Of a DNA stretch of 64,000 nt, positions 62,419 to 64,000 are shown piece by piece. Within the stretch, counting starts at the first letter, position 1. Each line of letters begins with the position of its first letter. A model generated the notes under the pieces. The model searched no databases, was not told the DNA's origin, and saw only the letters and a program-made list of their open reading frames with translations. Source of the stretch: Tubiluchus corallicola (taxonomy: Eukaryota; Animalia; Priapulida); assembly GCA_030141605.1 (NCBI GenBank), contig JAQGDQ010000708.1, positions 1 through 64,000 on the forward strand, given 5' to 3'. Position numbers and translations under genes: made by a program.

Positions 62419-64000
62419 AGTCCACATTGTTTATTTATTACTCTTAGGAAATAAAAGCTAGTCTACATTGTCTATTTGTTACTCTTAGGGAACAAACGCC
62501 AGTCCACATTGTTTATTCGTTACTCTCAGGGAACAAACGCTAGTCCACATTGTTTATTTGTTACTCTTAGGGAACAAACGCTAGTCCACATTGTTTATTT
62601 GTTACTCTTAGGGAACAAACGCTAGTCCACATTGTTTATTTGTAACTCTTGGGGAACAAATGCCAGTCCACATTGTTTATTTGTTACTCTTAGGGAACAA
62701 ACGCTAGTCCACATTGTTTATTTGTTACTCTTGGGGAACAAACGCTAGTCCACATTGTTTATTCGTTACTCTTAGGGAACAAACGCTAGTCCACATTGTT
62801 TGTTCGTTACTCTTAGGGAACAAACGCCAGTCTACATTGTTTATTTGTTACTCTTGGGGAACAAATGCCAGTCCACATTTTTATTTGTTACTCTTTGGGA
62901 ACAAACGCCAGTCCACATTGTTTATTTGTTACTCTTAGGGAACAAACGCCAGTCCACATTGTTTATTCGTTACTCTTAGGGAACAAACTCTACTTCACAT
63001 TGTTTATTTATTACTCTTAAGGAACAAACGCTAGTCCACATTGTTTATTTGTTACTCTTGGGGAACAAACGCCAGTCCACAATGTTTATTTGTTACTCTT
63101 GGGAAACAAACGCTAGTCCACATTGTTTATTTGTTACTCTTGGGTAACAAACGCCAGTCCACATTGTTTATTTGTTACTCTTGGGGAACAAACGCCAGTC
63201 CACATTGTTTATATGTTACTCTTGGGGAACAAACGCCAGTCCACATTGTTTATTTGTTACTCTTGGGTAACAAACGCTAGTCCACATTGTCTATTTGTTA
63301 CTCTCGGGGAACAAACGCCAGTCCACATTGTTTATTTGTTACTCTTAGGGAACAAACGCTAGTCCACATTGTTTATTTGTTACTCTTAGGGAACAAACGC
63401 CAGTCCACATTGTTTATTTGTTACTCTTAGGGAACAAACGCCAGTCCACATTGTTTATTTGTTACTCTTAGGGAACAAACGCTAGTCCACATTGTTTATT
63501 TGTTACTCTTGGGGAACAAACGCTAGTCCACATTGTTTGTTCGTTACTCTTGGGGAACAAACGCTAGTCCACATTGTTTATTTGTTACTCTTAGGGAACA
63601 AACGCTAGTCCACATTGTTTTTTGTAACTCTTGGGGAACAAACGCCAGTCCACATTGTTTATTTGTTACTCTTAGGGAACAAACGCTAGTCCACATTGTT
63701 TGTTCGTTACTCTTGGGGAACAAAGCAGTCCACATTTTTTTGTTACTCTTGGGAACAAACGCTAGTCCACATTGTTTGTTCGTTACTCTTGGGGAACAAA
63801 CGCTAGTCTACATTGTTTGTTCGTTACTCTTAGGGAACAAACGCCAGTCTACATTGTTTATTTGTTACTCTTGGGGAACAAATGCCAGTCCACATTTTTA
63901 TTTGTTACTCTTTGGGAACAAACGCCAGTCCACATTGTTTATTTGTTACTCTTAGGGAACAAACGCCAGTCCACATTGTTTATTCGTTACTCTTAGGGAA
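62419..64000. repeat. 41-bp minisatellite, at least 38 copies, running off the window end
   Basis: Unit gtccacattgtttatttgttactcttagggaacaaacgcta. Confidence 0.95.

Overview
AT-rich, repeat-dense eukaryotic (invertebrate animal-like) genomic DNA; no prokaryotic features or CRISPR arrays. Three protein-coding units can be supported. (1) A large + strand terminal exon (805-1787) encodes a CHST10/11-family carbohydrate sulfotransferase domain with an altered PAPS-binding motif. (2) The 3' part of a + strand POMGNT1/GnT-I (GT13)-like gene was assembled by hand from 8 phase-compatible GT-AG exons (5647-45239); its DxD and catalytic-Asp positions are substituted and its last intron is about 32 kb. 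(3) A single-exon-CDS cadherin-repeat membrane protein (25571-27439, - strand) is nested in that intron, with a decayed paralogous relic upstream. I found no upstream GT13 exons between the sulfotransferase exon and 5647, so that exon probably sits in a GT13 intron on the same strand and may share its 5' exons. Two GT13 exons have tandemly duplicated decoy splice acceptors. The remainder is hAT, Tc1/pogo and piggyBac-type MITEs, tRNA- and 5S-derived SINE-like relics, LINE fragments, a palindromic element with a minimal hammerhead core, and many mini- and microsatellites. All family assignments come from recalled motifs, not from database searches.
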